Source of the DNA: Octopus bimaculoides
Lineage: Eukaryota
Assembly (NCBI RefSeq): GCF_001194135.2
Contig: NC_069000.1
Span: forward strand, 8,428,688 to 8,492,687
Direction of reading: 5' to 3'
DNA: 64,000 bases
Under the pieces are notes generated by a model that was given only the letters and a program-made list of their open reading frames with translations, searched no databases and was not told the DNA's origin. How positions within the stretch are numbered: the first letter of the stretch is position 1; each line of letters opens with the position of its first letter. A program made the translations under genes and the position numbers. Below are positions 1 to 12,723 of this stretch, piece after piece.

Positions 1-11
1 GAAACACTCAC

Positions 12-54
12 CTTTGAAACCCAATCTGTCTAACAAGAGATTCTTTCTCTGTAC
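12..54 (-). CDS. Piezo: Piezo coding exon 4 (CTEKESLVRQIGFQ); gene continues beyond the window start
   Basis: Acceptor TTTTTCTCCTTTAG|GTAC and donor AAAG|GTGAGT. 43 nt. Corresponds to the CSRWETLSRHIGVTR segment of PIEZO1. In frame with exon 3 (T|GT = Cys). Confidence 0.92.
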
Positions 55-591
55 CTAAAGGAGAAAAACAATCAAGAATGAAATGATTTATGCTATACAA
101 GTTTATAAACAAAATTATGAGTATTCGCTGGAGAAAATACTGCTATATTTCTGCTTTGTAGGAATTATTCATGACTATTTTTAGGTCTATTAAAATCTGA
201 TTATTTAGAACAGACCCAAATTGTTAGTGTTCTCTTTCCAGACTCAAGAACTTCATCATATAATTTTTAACATCAATTTTTTCAGAGTCTGTATTCTCAC
301 TGAGTGAAATAAACATTGGAGTCACTTTACCCCATGCAGAAACTGCAGGAGTTATTCAGCGGGGTTTCAAGCTCTTCTGAATCCATCACAATGTTAGGAG
401 CTCTTCTGTATCATCAATAAGTGTATCAGGGTCTCGAGCATTTTGCCCCTAAGCCTGTATGGGGCAGCAAGGACTGAATTATTCTCCACCTGCAGAAGGA
501 CTCCACTTGCAGTCTCTTGTCTTATGTTAAAGATTACTATTCTTTCAACTTCATATGTTACTATGCTACGAAGAAACAAGTATTCTAACAT

Positions 592-958
592 TATTTACAT
601 TTGACGGATATTTCTCCTCATCTTGTTTGTTGTTAACACAACGTTTCGGCTGATATACCCTCCAGCCTTCGTCAGGTGTCTTGGGGAAATTTCGAACCTG
701 GGTTCTCATTCTTAACGATGTTACTATTATTATTATATTATTATTATTACTATTATTAATCAGGTCGCTGCCATGAATCGAACTCGGAACCTCTGGGTTA
801 GTAGCCCGCGCTCTTAACCACTACGCCATATGGAGGGTATATCAGCCAAAACGTTGTGTTAACAACAAACAAGATGAGGAGAAATATCCGTCAAATGTAA
901 ATAATGTAAATAATGTAAATAATGTAAATAATTCCTCATCTCTTAAATATAGAACTGT
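592..958 (-). mobile_element. Non-autonomous Penelope-like insertion: tRNA-like head + hammerhead tail + inverted terminal copy
   Basis: 14-bp TSD AAGTATTCTAACAT at 578-591 and 959-972. Inverted repeat 588-663 / 832-907 with one mismatch. Box A at 828-818 and Box B at 785-775 on the minus strand. Confidence 0.8.
635..680 (-). ncRNA. Minimal type I hammerhead ribozyme motif (PLE-type)
   Basis: Minus strand reads GACAC-CTGACGA-A-GGCTG-gagggtatat-CAGCC-GAA-ACGT-T-GTGTT. Stem I is GACAC/GUGUU, stem II is GGCUG/CAGCC, the core is intact with an extra A, stem III is palindromic ACGU, and the cleavage triplet is GUU. Confidence 0.75.
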
Positions 959-2272
959 AAGTATTCTAACATATAAACAGTCATTCTTGAGTGAATAAAA
1001 TCAAATTTTGCTTTGTTCTCTCTAATTATATTTTAGTTGAAAAGCATTGCAGCAGTTTTTAAGCTGAAAGAATAAACTGTGATGCAATGAAAAAGATAAC
1101 AAACTGCAGTCTAATCAGTATTGCTGAAAAGCAATTAAGCTAATACAATTTGTGCAGTATTTGACTACACATGAAGCAAGCTAGACTGACTCAAAGATCA
1201 ATTGACAGGAATTCTCATATGACGTAATGAGAGTAGAAAATCCCTATTATCGACTGCTGGGCAGTACCACAGGATATCAGACATACTGGCCACAACCATC
1301 AAACACTAATGAGGTCTCTCTCTGACAAATGAAGATCAGAGATACTGCTGCTTCAGTCACAGTAAATGTCGTCAGAAACAGATTAAATCATTAAAACTGA
1401 TTAAATCATTAATAAATACCTCTCCCTCATTTTGTCTCTGTCTGTTTGTGTGGGGGGGGGGAGAGAACATCAGTGGTGTGGAGAGAGGAGGCTGGTATGC
1501 ATGGGCGATTGCTGGTCTTCCATAAACAACCTTGCCTGGACTTGTGCCTTGGAGGGGAACTTTCTAGGTGCAATCTCATGGTCATTCATGAATGAAGCTT
1601 GGTGGGGGTCTTTACCCTTACCCTTTTATTGAACAACCTGCACAGGTGATTTGTTTATAGTGATCGAATGTTTGTGTTGTACATTAGCTCACTCCTGCCA
1701 TCAATTTGACAATGTCTGTACAGGTGCATGGTGTGACCCGCATCAGATGTCCAAGTGAGCAACACAGAATGAAATATTTTGCTGAAGAACACAACACACC
1801 ACCTGGTCCAGGAATTGAAACTATGATCTCACAATCAGGAGTGCAACATCCTAACCACTAGGCCATGTGCCTTCATGCTACAAATAATAGGACCCATATA
1901 AAAGGATATTATTGTTTAGCCTAAGGTCTGGCCTGGTTGAGCTGCCTTGTGATAAGAACATGACCATCTCACTATTTCCCATATAGTATGTTTTTTAACA
2001 ACATTGTCCAGTGACCTTCCTTGTTTAAGGAAAGTTCACTGCCATTTCTAGCATGACTGGTTAGAGACCTCCCCGATCTCACTGGTGACATCAAATGCAT
2101 ATGATCACAGTATAGGAAAAGAGATAAAATACCACTATTCACATGTAGCTGTATAATAAAGAAAATAAATAGGGATTTCAATGGTTCCAGCAATGAATAA
2201 TCATATCATAAACCCCTAAACAAGTATTTACAAAGTCTTTTTTGAAGAATTATGGAAAATAGTTATACTTAC

Positions 2273-2404
2273 AGTTACCAAATATGGAGCCATAGGGTTC
2301 AGCTGGTGTAGCAATACTAACTAATACAATGTGGAATAGTGACTGTGATAAAAATATTAAAGAGCTTATTGCAAGAACAGCTTTTAAAAAGTGTCCAGTC
2401 GCAC
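2273..2404 (-). CDS. Piezo: Piezo coding exon 3 (GATGHFLKAVLAISSLIFLSQSLFHIVLVSIATPAEPYGSIFGN)
   Basis: Acceptor TCTCTTTCCTCTTTAG|GTGC and donor AACT|GTAAGT. 132 nt, phase 1-1, inside track ORF 2250..2483. Corresponds to the GHTGRLLRALLGLSLLFLVAH segment of PIEZO1. Confidence 0.95.
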
Positions 2405-2426
2405 CTAAAGAGGAAAGAGAAACAAA

Positions 2427-2462
<36 letters not shown>

Positions 2463-2859
2463 GAAAATGAATATATCCTGCAATCAACAGAGACCAAAAT
2501 CAAAATCGTCAGTGTCCCTAATTATGCCTTTGTAGCAAAATCCATAGCTGCACTTCAATTACATTTATGCATCCATCGCAAATAGATGCAGCTTTTATTA
2601 ATTTTTTTAATCCTTACCTTCAAACACTCATGCATTGAAATACAGTGGGAAAACGTTCAAAATCTTGAGGCGGGATTTGAACTTCACAGAGTGAAAAGTA
2701 ATATACACACAGTGAAAAATATATAAAAAAAGATACTGAAGATTTTCATGTGGCAAATATTTATTCCTTGATTTATCCCTGCTGCATTGATGACTAAAGA
2801 TGGATTGTACACGACTGATGACTATGGACACAAACAAACAAAAAAGAACTTTGATAAAG

Positions 2860-4300
2860 TGTAACATTAGAAACTAAATTAGAAACATTACAGGGATTCA
2901 ATGGTGGACTGTGAGCTGTAGATATTGGAAGAGTTCTCAGCTTTCAACCAACAAGTGTACAAACATTTTGCAATAATGCCAAGAAAAAATTAAAGCTTGT
3001 GCTCGAAGTGTTAGCACTTTTAGCTGATACAAAATTAACTTGGAACAGAACCAGTAGAATGGAAAATGTGACAAAAACTTTTAAACATATTGCAAACATC
3101 AGCATAATGCTCAAAATTTGCTACATATAGAATTGAAACATTTTAGCATCTCTGATGACCTAAAGAAAATACAGAAATTTAGTGTCAAAAATGAAAACCT
3201 CAAAGTTGTGGCTGGTTTGGGTGTTTTCAGAATCACTCGAAACTACAGATACTGAGTCCGCAAGCAACAACAAATAAGCAGTAACTACCATCATAGCTTT
3301 ACTGAAAACATTGTTATTAATGAAGGAGAATACACAGAACAGCAAATTCTTAAATGTGGGTGAGAAAGACTGGTTTTTAAAATGGATACCAAAATGAAAA
3401 TACATTTCTGGAGACGAAAAATGTACCACCTGGGTCTCAAAACTGTCAAAGATCACATGGCTTTGGTATTTGGGGGCAATGTTTTAGGAGATCTAAAGCT
3501 GAAGTCATTACTTGTTTATCATTCTGAGACATCATAAAGTTATGAAAAGATGATTTAAATATCTTCCTGTTATACGACAAACAAATAAAAAGGGAGACAC
3601 CTACAGAGCAGTTTTCTCAGGATTGGCTTATTTTGCATCCCTGCTCAGCTAATAAAGAATATTATCAAGCTAAAAATGTAGAAAATAAAGCCTTTTCTTT
3701 TTGTGCATAGTGCTCCAGATCTCTTCTCTGAACTGGATGACCAAGCAGACAATGTTCAAGTAGCTTTTCTGCCTCCAACCACAACTAGTTTGATTCAAAG
3801 TGTGGACCAGAGGATTATCACTGTGGTCAAAGTCTGCTATTTATAGCACACCTTTAAGCAGTTATGTTCTCAGATGATGAAACAAAACCAAATGTAAAGG
3901 AGCTTTGGCATGGTTACCGTATCGTGAATGCTATTGAAAAATTTGAATGTCGCATGGCAGCAAATGAAAACAACTGCAATGCATCTTATCCAGAGAAAAA
4001 TCAATCCAAACTGCATTGCAGACTTCCTGAATATTGAAGAGCCAATATGAAATGTTCGTGAGGAGATTGCTGAGATGGTGTAAATAAATCAAGATGAGGA
4101 GGAGTGACTTGAATCTCATGGAGACGAAACTGCACTGTGCTGAACTAAAAGAGGATGGAAAGATACAGAACTGCTTTAAATTTTAACAATGTAAGATCTG
4201 TCTGAAGTTTTCCGGTTTTATCATTAAAACTGTGGCTATTTTCATTGGGGAAAAAGATCTTCGTCGAGAGAAAAGTTCGAAAGTAAACAGGTCAACAAGT
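2860..4300 (+). mobile_element. Decayed Tigger/pogo (Tc1-mariner superfamily) transposase
   Basis: Frameshifted, stop-ridden translation includes NVQVAFLPPTTTSLIQSVDQRII (pogo LPPNTTSLIQPMDQG motif), YLPVI and ISGDE. TIRs not found. Confidence 0.8.
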
Positions 4301-4381
4301 GCATTATCCACTGCAAGGAATTAGACAATCAGAAGAAAATAAATGCATTCAGGGCTTGTTGTCATGGAATATATACATTGC

Positions 4382-4508
4382 AGGCTTCTTTCAGCTTCTG
4401 TCAACCAAATCCACTCACAAGACACTTGCCCAAGGTGCCATGCAGTGGGACTGAACCCAAAGCTGTATGGATGGAAAGCAAACCTCTTAACAACACAGCC
4501 ACACCTGT
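4382..4508 (-). mobile_element. tRNA-derived SINE family A copy
   Basis: Reverse complement of the head GGCTGTGTGGTAAG...GGTTCAGTCCCACTGC...GGGCAAGTGTCTT seen many times in the window. Confidence 0.8.
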
Positions 4509-5314
4509 GCTTGTTTATTTTTAAAATAGAACTTCATCATAACTTTATATAAGAATATTTTGTCCTCAATACAGGTTTACTAAAAGAAAGAAATATTCTG
4601 TGATCCATTAAATTGACCCCTACACCCACCTAGTTCTTCCTCCTCAGAATGTCTAGAATTCTATTCCTGCACATTTTTTCCTGCAACTGTTGACTTGCAA
4701 CAACTCAAGAAGGTTGTTAACTGCATCGATTTCACCATCTTAGAGAGCTTGAGAAGGCCCAAAATACAGACCCCCTTCTATATCTTTTCTATTTTCTCCC
4801 TGAGTAGAGTGGAGAGCTGTATTGAGGGAAGTGGCTTTATGACAAGTATTGAGAGTTTAAAGTGTGATAGGGGGACTGGAACAAGTGTCTTACAATTGGG
4901 GAGGTACAGGGTTACCCCAGTTAGAAGCGGAGGATGGTGGTGAAGGTGCAACTGGGCAAACCCTCCAGTTACAGGAAAGTGAATAAAGAGAAATGACATG
5001 AGAGGGTATCAGGTGTTGTTTATGTTTCATACACAAAGATGTTACCATATCTTACATCTACCCAATTTTGGCAAGGTGAACTTAAAATGAGTAATTATTG
5101 ATTTCCTTACAAACAAAAAGATGCCAGCCACTCTGCCTAGGAACCTTGTTTAGATTCAGAAATAATTTTTTTTTTTTTAAATGATTTTCTTTTTCATCAC
5201 AAAGAAAAATATTGACACTCCTCCAGGGAAAGGTGTTGGAAAGAAGCCAACAAAATGTCTGAACAAAAGACAAATTTTTACCCCTGACCTAATTTTTTTT
5301 TTCAAGAGCCAATA

Positions 5315-5547
5315 TTAACCCTTTTGTTACGATATTTCCTCTAAGAAACACTGATCTTGTTTCAATCAATTTTGAAAATAATGAAGAATTTAGTAAAATA
5401 ACATTGCCGTTCTTTAGTGGATGCTTGGAATATAATTTAACATAACATTTTGATGGAAGGCTTGAATTTAGATAACATCAAAACAGGCATGTTATATCAT
5501 ACCACCAGGAATGGCATGGGTGGGTGGGTTGTTATCAACAGGGTTAA
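5315..5547. mobile_element. piggyBac-type MITE (family 2)
   Basis: TTAA-CCCTTTTGTTAC ... GTTATCAACAGGG-TTAA ends. Related internal fragments near 12300, 54130-54370 and 62655-62830. Confidence 0.65.
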
Positions 5548-6159
5548 AATGTAGCAGCAACAGCAGCACAGCTACTTTCATGAAATGCCTCTTAAGATTG
5601 ATTTTTCCCCAAATGGAGAGATGAACATAATATGAAGTTCATCTTCGATGGAAAATTCCCTTAACATGGATACATTTTTAGCACTTATGGCCGACACAGA
5701 AATATTGGATTTTATTATTTTGAAGCACATAATTGTCAAGTGAACATAGCAGAATACTTGCAGGAAACATTACTTGGCTGTATTTAACGGCTTTTTGAAG
5801 TCGATCAGAATTGCTACTCTCGGTGCATTTATTTGTTTTAGAAAACTACTTTTCTATAAATTCAATATTTTGTGTTTTTTGACCAAATGAGCAAAGTTCA
5901 ATATTTCTACAACAAACAAACCTATGCTACAAAAAATTATGAATAGTCACAAATAACATACAAACACACACACACACACACATTTACAATGACAAAAAAA
6001 AACTAATGTAATCTTTTTTTTTTCCAATGTCACTTACAAAAACACACATTATTCTCATGAACAAAATCTCAGACAAATACAATTTATTTTATGCTATTAT
6101 TTGAAATACGGTCTAATGTATTCTTTTATTTGTTTCAGTCACTTGACTGCAGCCACATA

Positions 6160-6845
6160 AAAAGCACCAGTGATTGTGCCACGTAAAAAGCACCGGTGAG
6201 GGTGCCACGTAAAAAGCACCGGTGAGGGTGCCACGTAAAAAGCACCGGTGAGGGTGCCACNNNNNNNNNNNNNNNNNNNNNNNNNNNNNNNNNNNNNNNN
6301 NNNNNNNNNNNNNNNNNNNNNNNNNNNNNNNNNNNNNNNNNNNNNNNNNNNNNNNNNNNNNNNNNNNNNNNNNNNNNNNNNNNNNNNNNNNNNNNNNNNN
6401 NNNNNNNNNNNNNNNNNNNNNNNNNNNNNNNNNNNNNNNNNNNNNNNNNNNNNNNNNNNNNNNNNNNNNNNNNNNNNNNNNNNNNNNNNNNNNNNNNNNN
6501 NNNNNNNNNNNNNNNNNNNNNNNNNNNNNNNNNNNNNNNNNNNNNNNNNNNNNNNNNNNNNNNNNNNNNNNNNNNNNNNNNNNNNNNNNNNNNNNNNNNN
6601 NNNNNNNNNNNNNNNNNNNNNNNNNNNNNNNNNNNNNNNNNNNNNNNNNNNNNNNNNNNNNNNNNNTGATGGTGCCACGTAAAAAGCACCGGTGATGGTG
6701 CCACGTAAAAAGCACCGGTGATGGTGCCACGTAAAAAGCACCGGTGATGGTGCCACGTAAAAAGCACTGGTGATGGTGCCACGTAAAAAGCACTGGTGAT
6801 GGTGCCACGTAAAAAGCACTGGTGATTGTGCCACGTAAAAAGCAC
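6160..6845 (+). repeat. 26-bp tandem array GGTGCCACGTAAAAAGCACCGGTGAT inside an RTE 3'-UTR-type repeat
   Basis: Period 26 (6671, 6697, ...). About 4 copies before and 7 after the N-gap 6261-6666. Followed by the GAAGGGCATCC...CATGGAAAG...GATGATGAT tail to about 7000. Confidence 0.9.
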
Positions 6846-8974
6846 CCAGTATACTCGATAAAATGGTTGGCATTAGAAAGGGCATCCAATGAAATCAAAC
6901 CGAAACAGATTATGGAATGTAGTGGGGATCCTGGCCTTGCCAGCGCTTGCCAAACCATCCAACCCAATCCAGCATGGAAAGTGGACATATGATGATGATT
7001 GCTCCTGATAGTGAGTTGTGTTAGGACCTTATACTTCATTGCAGGTTGGATAGGGAGAAAGTTAAGTTGACTATTGGATAGTCATAGAAAAAAGTAGGTT
7101 AGCCACGGTCTGGGTTGGCATGAACAGTTCAAAGAATGCAAACAAGTAAAACATTTCCCCACCTTAACACTTGTAAATTTTGTAAACAGTTAACAACAAG
7201 GTAACAGAGCGGTGCTCGTTAATACCGTCTAGACTGCTGCTAGAGTAATTAAAGTACTGATGATAATAGTATCAATAGTAAACAGAATAGTGATAGGAAT
7301 AGTAGTACTAGTAGTAATAGCTACAACAGAAGCAGTAGCATTTAGCCAATGTGAAATATAACATAGCTTATCTAAGTTTATACTAGCAGACATTTAGCAT
7401 ATGTAATAAAGACGAGAGAGAAAGGGTAGGGGTAATAGAGGTATTGTCTTGCCTGGCTTAAAACTGTTAGCCATTTTTTGAATTATACATTGAATTTTGA
7501 GATACACATTTATACACACATTTGATTAATGTCCATTATTCCAGGCTGGCATTGGTTAAACAGGGAGCTATTTGAGACAGAATTTTATAGTCTGATGCTC
7601 TTCCTGTTGCCAACCCTTACTTGCATTTCAAGAAAGGGGTTTCTATTCAGTATTTCTTCCAAAATGGGGAGTGGCCCGTCATAATGCCAACAGGAAAGAT
7701 CCAATAGCAGTGACTAGCGCAGAATATCAACATACACAGATAAATACATGGCAGGCTTCCTGCAGTTTCCATTTACCAAATTCATGAGTATAGTGGGCAC
7801 CTTTTGCATGCTACTGGCATAGGTGCCTTTTACGTGTCACTGGCACCATCCACAACTATGATTTCACTTGGCTTGACGAGTCTTCTCAAGTACAGCAAAT
7901 CACCAAAGGTTTCAATCACTCTTCAAAGATCTCGATCGCTCATCAAGGCTATATTCAGCCCAAATAGTTTTATGTTCAAACTGGCCAGATCTGGTCTCTC
8001 ACACCTACCCTACAATGTCATTCTAAAAATAAACAATCACATCACCAAAGTCTCCAAGCTACCAGATGGTGCATGATTAAGTCAAAATAAGCATTACATT
8101 TGACGAACTAATCTGAATGCTAATGGGTTAATAATTATTTTCTTTTAGTAAAAGTTACATGCTCATAACTAATTAATAAGCAGCTTTTCTTTATTATAGT
8201 AAGATAATTATAGATATATGTTAACAAACATTATACTAAATAATGACTGTTTTCAACTATAATTAAAAAAAGATTAAATTCCATTAATTTAAGTATTCTA
8301 CATTGGTAGAAAGAAAAACATTAATTAAATATGGAAAAGTCATTTAAAAGGTAACCAAGGGGAAAATTAACCTAAAAATGTGAGTAAAAATGAAGTAGCA
8401 TCTCCAGTGAAAAGGGGCCAAGATTTAACAAGGAGTCTATTTGAGCTGCTCCTGATGCTGAGATAGCAAACACATTCCAGTCAGGGCTTGAAGACATTAT
8501 CTAAGATCCAGTAACAATATCTCTTGTAAATTTATGTAATTCTATAAATGCATGGGTAAAGACTACATCCATTTATAGAGTACTACATTCTTTTGTTAAT
8601 AGATTTTTAGGTTTACAATGTTTGGGTAAAGGAGAGATCAGAAAATGAAAATAAAATGGAATAATTTACAGAGGGAGAATAAAATGAAAAAGTATTGGTC
8701 TATAGTGCTTTTACTGAAGCATCTTCACAAGTACAGAAAAGGTATTAACAAATTTAGAAAGTATTCTCAGGTAAATATGTTCAAAACAGCATTCTTTATC
8801 TAGGCCCACGAGAGTTTTTCCATCAGAAAATACAACAGGCAAGTAAGTGATACTGTAACAAAAAAAAAAATTACTACGTAATACTAAATATCTTAATTTA
8901 GGGGGCAAGCTAAGCCTACAGAGATCAGAAGCTGACAAGCAGACTACATCTTTTTTATTTTCATATATATATAT

Positions 8975-9181
8975 ATCATCATCGTCGTTTAACATCAGCT
9001 TTCCATGCTAGCATGGGTTGGATGATTTGACTGAGGATTGGTGAAACCGGATGGCTACACCAGGCTCCAATCTGATTTGGCAGAGTTTCTACAGCTGGAT
9101 GCCCTTCCTAACGCCAACCACTCCGAGAGTGTAGTGGGTGCTTTTACGTGTCACCCGCACGAAGGCCAGTCAGGCAGTACT

Positions 9182-9182
<1 letters not shown>
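8975..9182 (-). mobile_element. RTE-type 3' tail repeat (other copies about 7800-7935, 11870-12058, 22440-22650, 28940-29250, 32830-33105, 33515-33810, 61140-61260)
   Basis: Shared TGGATGCCCTTCCTAACGCCAACC...TTCCATGCTAGCATGGGTTGG sequence ending in (CAT)n. The copy at 7800-7935 joins RTE-like coding 3' end sequence. Confidence 0.75.
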
Positions 9183-9235
<53 letters not shown>

Positions 9236-9285
9236 ACAATATAAAGAATGATAATGTTCTGTTCAGGGCTAGAAAATAGATGGGT

Positions 9286-9665
9286 GCAGGTGTGGGCTGT
9301 GAGGTAAGAAGTTTCCTTCCAAACCACATGGTTCCAAGTTCAGTCCCACTGCATGGAACCTTAGTCAAGTGTCTTCTACTATAGCCCTGAGCTAACCAAA
9401 GCCTTGTGAGTCGATTTGGTAGACAGAAACTGAAAGAAGCTTGTCGTACGTGTGTGTGTGTGTGTGTGTGTGTGCTCGCGCGTATGTGTCTTTGTGTTTG
9501 TGTTTGTCTTCCACCACTTTTTGAGAACCAGTGTTTGTTTGGTTATGTCCCCTGCAACTTAGTAGTTCGGCAAAAGACACCAATAGAATAAGTAAGTACC
9601 AGGCTTATATGAGTACTACAAAGTGTGGCCCCAACATAGTCACAGACCAAAGAGTGAAACGAATA
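9286..9665 (+). mobile_element. SINE family A, near full length with (TG)n and tail
   Basis: tRNA-like head, body ...GAAACTGAAAGAAGC, (TG)n, then tail TTAGTAGTTCGGCAAAAGACACCAATAGAATAAG. Confidence 0.85.
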
Positions 9666-11086
9666 AATGATAAAAGATAACTGCTTATAGTGAGAGAGGG
9701 GTTATTAATCTTTAACGATATTTAAAGAGAGAAAATATTAAAAAAAAAATAAAAGAATCTAGTATAAAAAGAACATCTAACCTCAGTGAAAGTGTGAAGT
9801 TGATGTTGGCTTTTATCACAGATGTTAGAAATTATTTGAGTAAATAATAAAAACAGAAATAAGTTAATGAAATCTGCAGAAAGCAGTGAATGCATCAATA
9901 AGCAGGAGACAAAAATGTGAGGTAATTTTACAGTTTCTCCAAAATTGGTATTGAAAGAGGAGCAGCCAGAATAACACGTGCTGCATTACAAAGAAAATAA
10001 AAGAAGTTACAGTAATTAAGGAATTACAAAAAAGGTTTGCATTTGAAATAAAATAAAATAAATGAAAAAAAAAAAAAAGAGAAATACTGAAACAAAAAAA
10101 AGGTAAAAAAAGATTCCAATGGTACTTCTGTTGGAATACAATATTACAATAAGAATTTACTTTATTAAAATATTTATTATATAAAATTATATTGNNNNNN
10201 NNNNNNNNNNNNNNNNNNNNNNNNNNNNNNNNNNNNNNNNNNNNNNNNNNNNNNNNNNNNNNNNNNNNNNNNNNNNNNNNNNNNNNNNNNNNNNNNNNNN
10301 NNNNNNNNNNNNNNNNNNNNNNNNNNNNNNNNNNNNNNNNNNNNNNNNNNNNNNNNNNNNNNNNNNNNNNNNNNNNNNNNNNNNNNNNNNNNNNNNNNNN
10401 NNNNNNNNNNNNNNNNNNNNNNNNNNNNNNNNNNNNNNNNNNNNNNNNNNNNNNNNNNNNNNNNNNNNNNNNNNNNNNNNNNNNNNNNNNNNNNNNNNNN
10501 NNNNNNNNNNNNNNNNNNNNNNNNNNNNNNNNNNNNNNNNNNNNNNNNGACGGCGGTGGGTGGGGGGTAAGAGAAAGAAGGGTAGAGAGGAGGTAGAAGG
10601 ACACATGGGTAGGTAGGTAGGTGGGTAGGTGGGTGGGTAGGTAGGTGGGTAGGTAGGTAGGTATTCATTACTATTTCATACAGTTTACTCACATGGAATA
10701 AAATGTCTTACAAATCCAGTCAATCACCAGACACAACACACACAAACACACGCACGCACACACAAACATACATACTAAAAGACACGCACACTCTTAGCTT
10801 GTACGAGCAGAAACTCAGCTGCTCTCTGGTGCTATATTTATCTCATTGTGGAGCATAGCTCACAGCATGTGAGCTTAAAGGGATTCATGCAGGATACACG
10901 TTTAACTTGAAAGACAACAGACATTTGCACGTGTATAACATCAAAACTGTAGATATTTACCAAATTATGTACAAGATTCTGTACAATGAATTACCATTTT
11001 TATAAAACGTTGCCTTTTTTTTTTATTTAATATTTAGCATTTTTTTTCTTTAATATAAACAATTAATATTTATAATTATACAGCAG

Positions 11087-11510
11087 CAGGTGTGGCTGTG
11101 TGGTAAGAACTTTGCTTCCCAAACACATGGTTCCAGGTTCAGTCCCACAGTGTGAAATCTTGGGCATGTGACTTCTGCTATACCTGTGAGCCATCCAAAG
11201 CCTATCATATATATGTACATGTGTGCATGTATGTGTGTGCATGTGTGAGCATGCATGTGTATGTGAGTGCATGTGTGTGTTACTGTCTCCTTGTCTTGAG
11301 ATGGTATTTATAAATGAGCATCACCATTCATGCAAGCAGAGTCCAATTTCCTATCTTCCCTGGGAAGGCATCTGGTCATGGGTGAATGTTACCTTCCCTG
11401 GAAACAGACGAGGGCTGGCAACAGGAAGAGCATCCAGCCGTAGAAAGTCTACCTCAACACAATTCCATTTGAACTGTGCGAGCATGGAAATGCAGATGTT
11501 AAAATGATGA
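11087..11510 (+). mobile_element. SINE family A with alternative RTE-like tail
   Basis: Same head as 9286. The tail ends GAAGAGCATCCAGCCGTAGAAA...AGCATGGAAATGCAGATGTTAAAATGATGA. Confidence 0.8.
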
Positions 11511-12723
11511 CTAGTCTGGGTAGGAACTGCCTACCTTCTCTACCCAGATGGTATGTCCATGATCCATTATAAATAGTCCTTCCTATAAACTCCTGCTTTT
11601 GTGGTGAGAATCAAGTAAGTACAACACAATCAACTTTTTACTTGATCCAATTCTGAATGATAAAAAGCTAAAAACAGAATTATGAAACTGCATATTGTAA
11701 GATAATGCCCAATATCTTAATAATAATGAACTTGTCACTGTCATACTTTAATCTCTCAACACCTGACATACAACCCCCACCACTGCTCTTAATACCCCCA
11801 CCTTACTCTTAGTTGAGTGTATTTTTTTCTTTCTGTCCATTCTTATCTTGCAAGTTTATCTTGTGACTTCACTAGTGCTGGTGGCACAAAAGAGGCACCC
11901 AACATACAATGTAATGCGGTCAGCATTAAGAAGGATGTTTAGCTATAGAAACAATGTGTAAGCTGACATTGGAGCTCCTTGCAGCTCTGTGGCCAACTGG
12001 AAACCGTTCAGCCTGTGCCAGCATGGAAAACAGATGTTAAATGGTGATGATGATGATGGACATTAAATCTTAATAATAACAACAACTCATCATTTGCTTT
12101 GTCATTCAGCTGTTTTGTTCCTTAGAAGGAAAAAAAAAATGATCCTGCAGATAGCAATCTATGATGAGAGTTATGTTAGGATAAACTTAGGGCCTCTGAG
12201 GAAATCTCTTAAACACTTTAGATTTCAGCCCACCTGAGACTGCCTAAGGTTCCATGATAAAAAAAAGACATCTGTTTTAAAATGTTTATATTTAAGACAT
12301 TCTCTCATAACTTTATCTAAGAACATCTTGTTTATGTTCCAAAACCAAACACCAGCTTAATAATGCGGAAGTTACTAAATTGCTCTAAATTTTTTTATGG
12401 TGCAGGTGCAGGTGTGGCAAGACGTTTGCTTCTCAACCACATGGTTTGGAGTTCAGTCTCACTGTGTGGGATCTTGGGCCAAGTGTCTACTACTATAGAC
12501 GAAGGGCAACCAATGATATTTGAATGACTTGTATTCCAGAAAATATAAGAAATAAAATTGAAGAACATAATTCTGTAATATAACCTTGTCTAAGTCAAAT
12601 ACTTAGAAGCAGCCTTCATTATCACACATGAGAATGATTTTGTTTAATAAATTCAAAATGAGATGTGAATTTATGTGCTTTGTATATCAGGATGATCCAG
12701 TATCTTTAAGATCTTGGACAGAA

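Noticed and set aside
394-591. Track ORF of 65 aa next to exon 4
   Set aside because: Intronic, no recognisable homology, and its ATG lies within the TSD of the insertion.
762-831. Functional tRNA gene
   Set aside because: Boxes A and B are present, but the acceptor stem does not close, the anticodon stem is weak, and the sequence is embedded in a TSD-flanked insertion.
6160-6845. Palindromic 26-bp repeats resembling a CRISPR array
   Set aside because: Units are contiguous with no unique spacers, there are no cas genes, and the array sits inside a eukaryotic retroposon tail.
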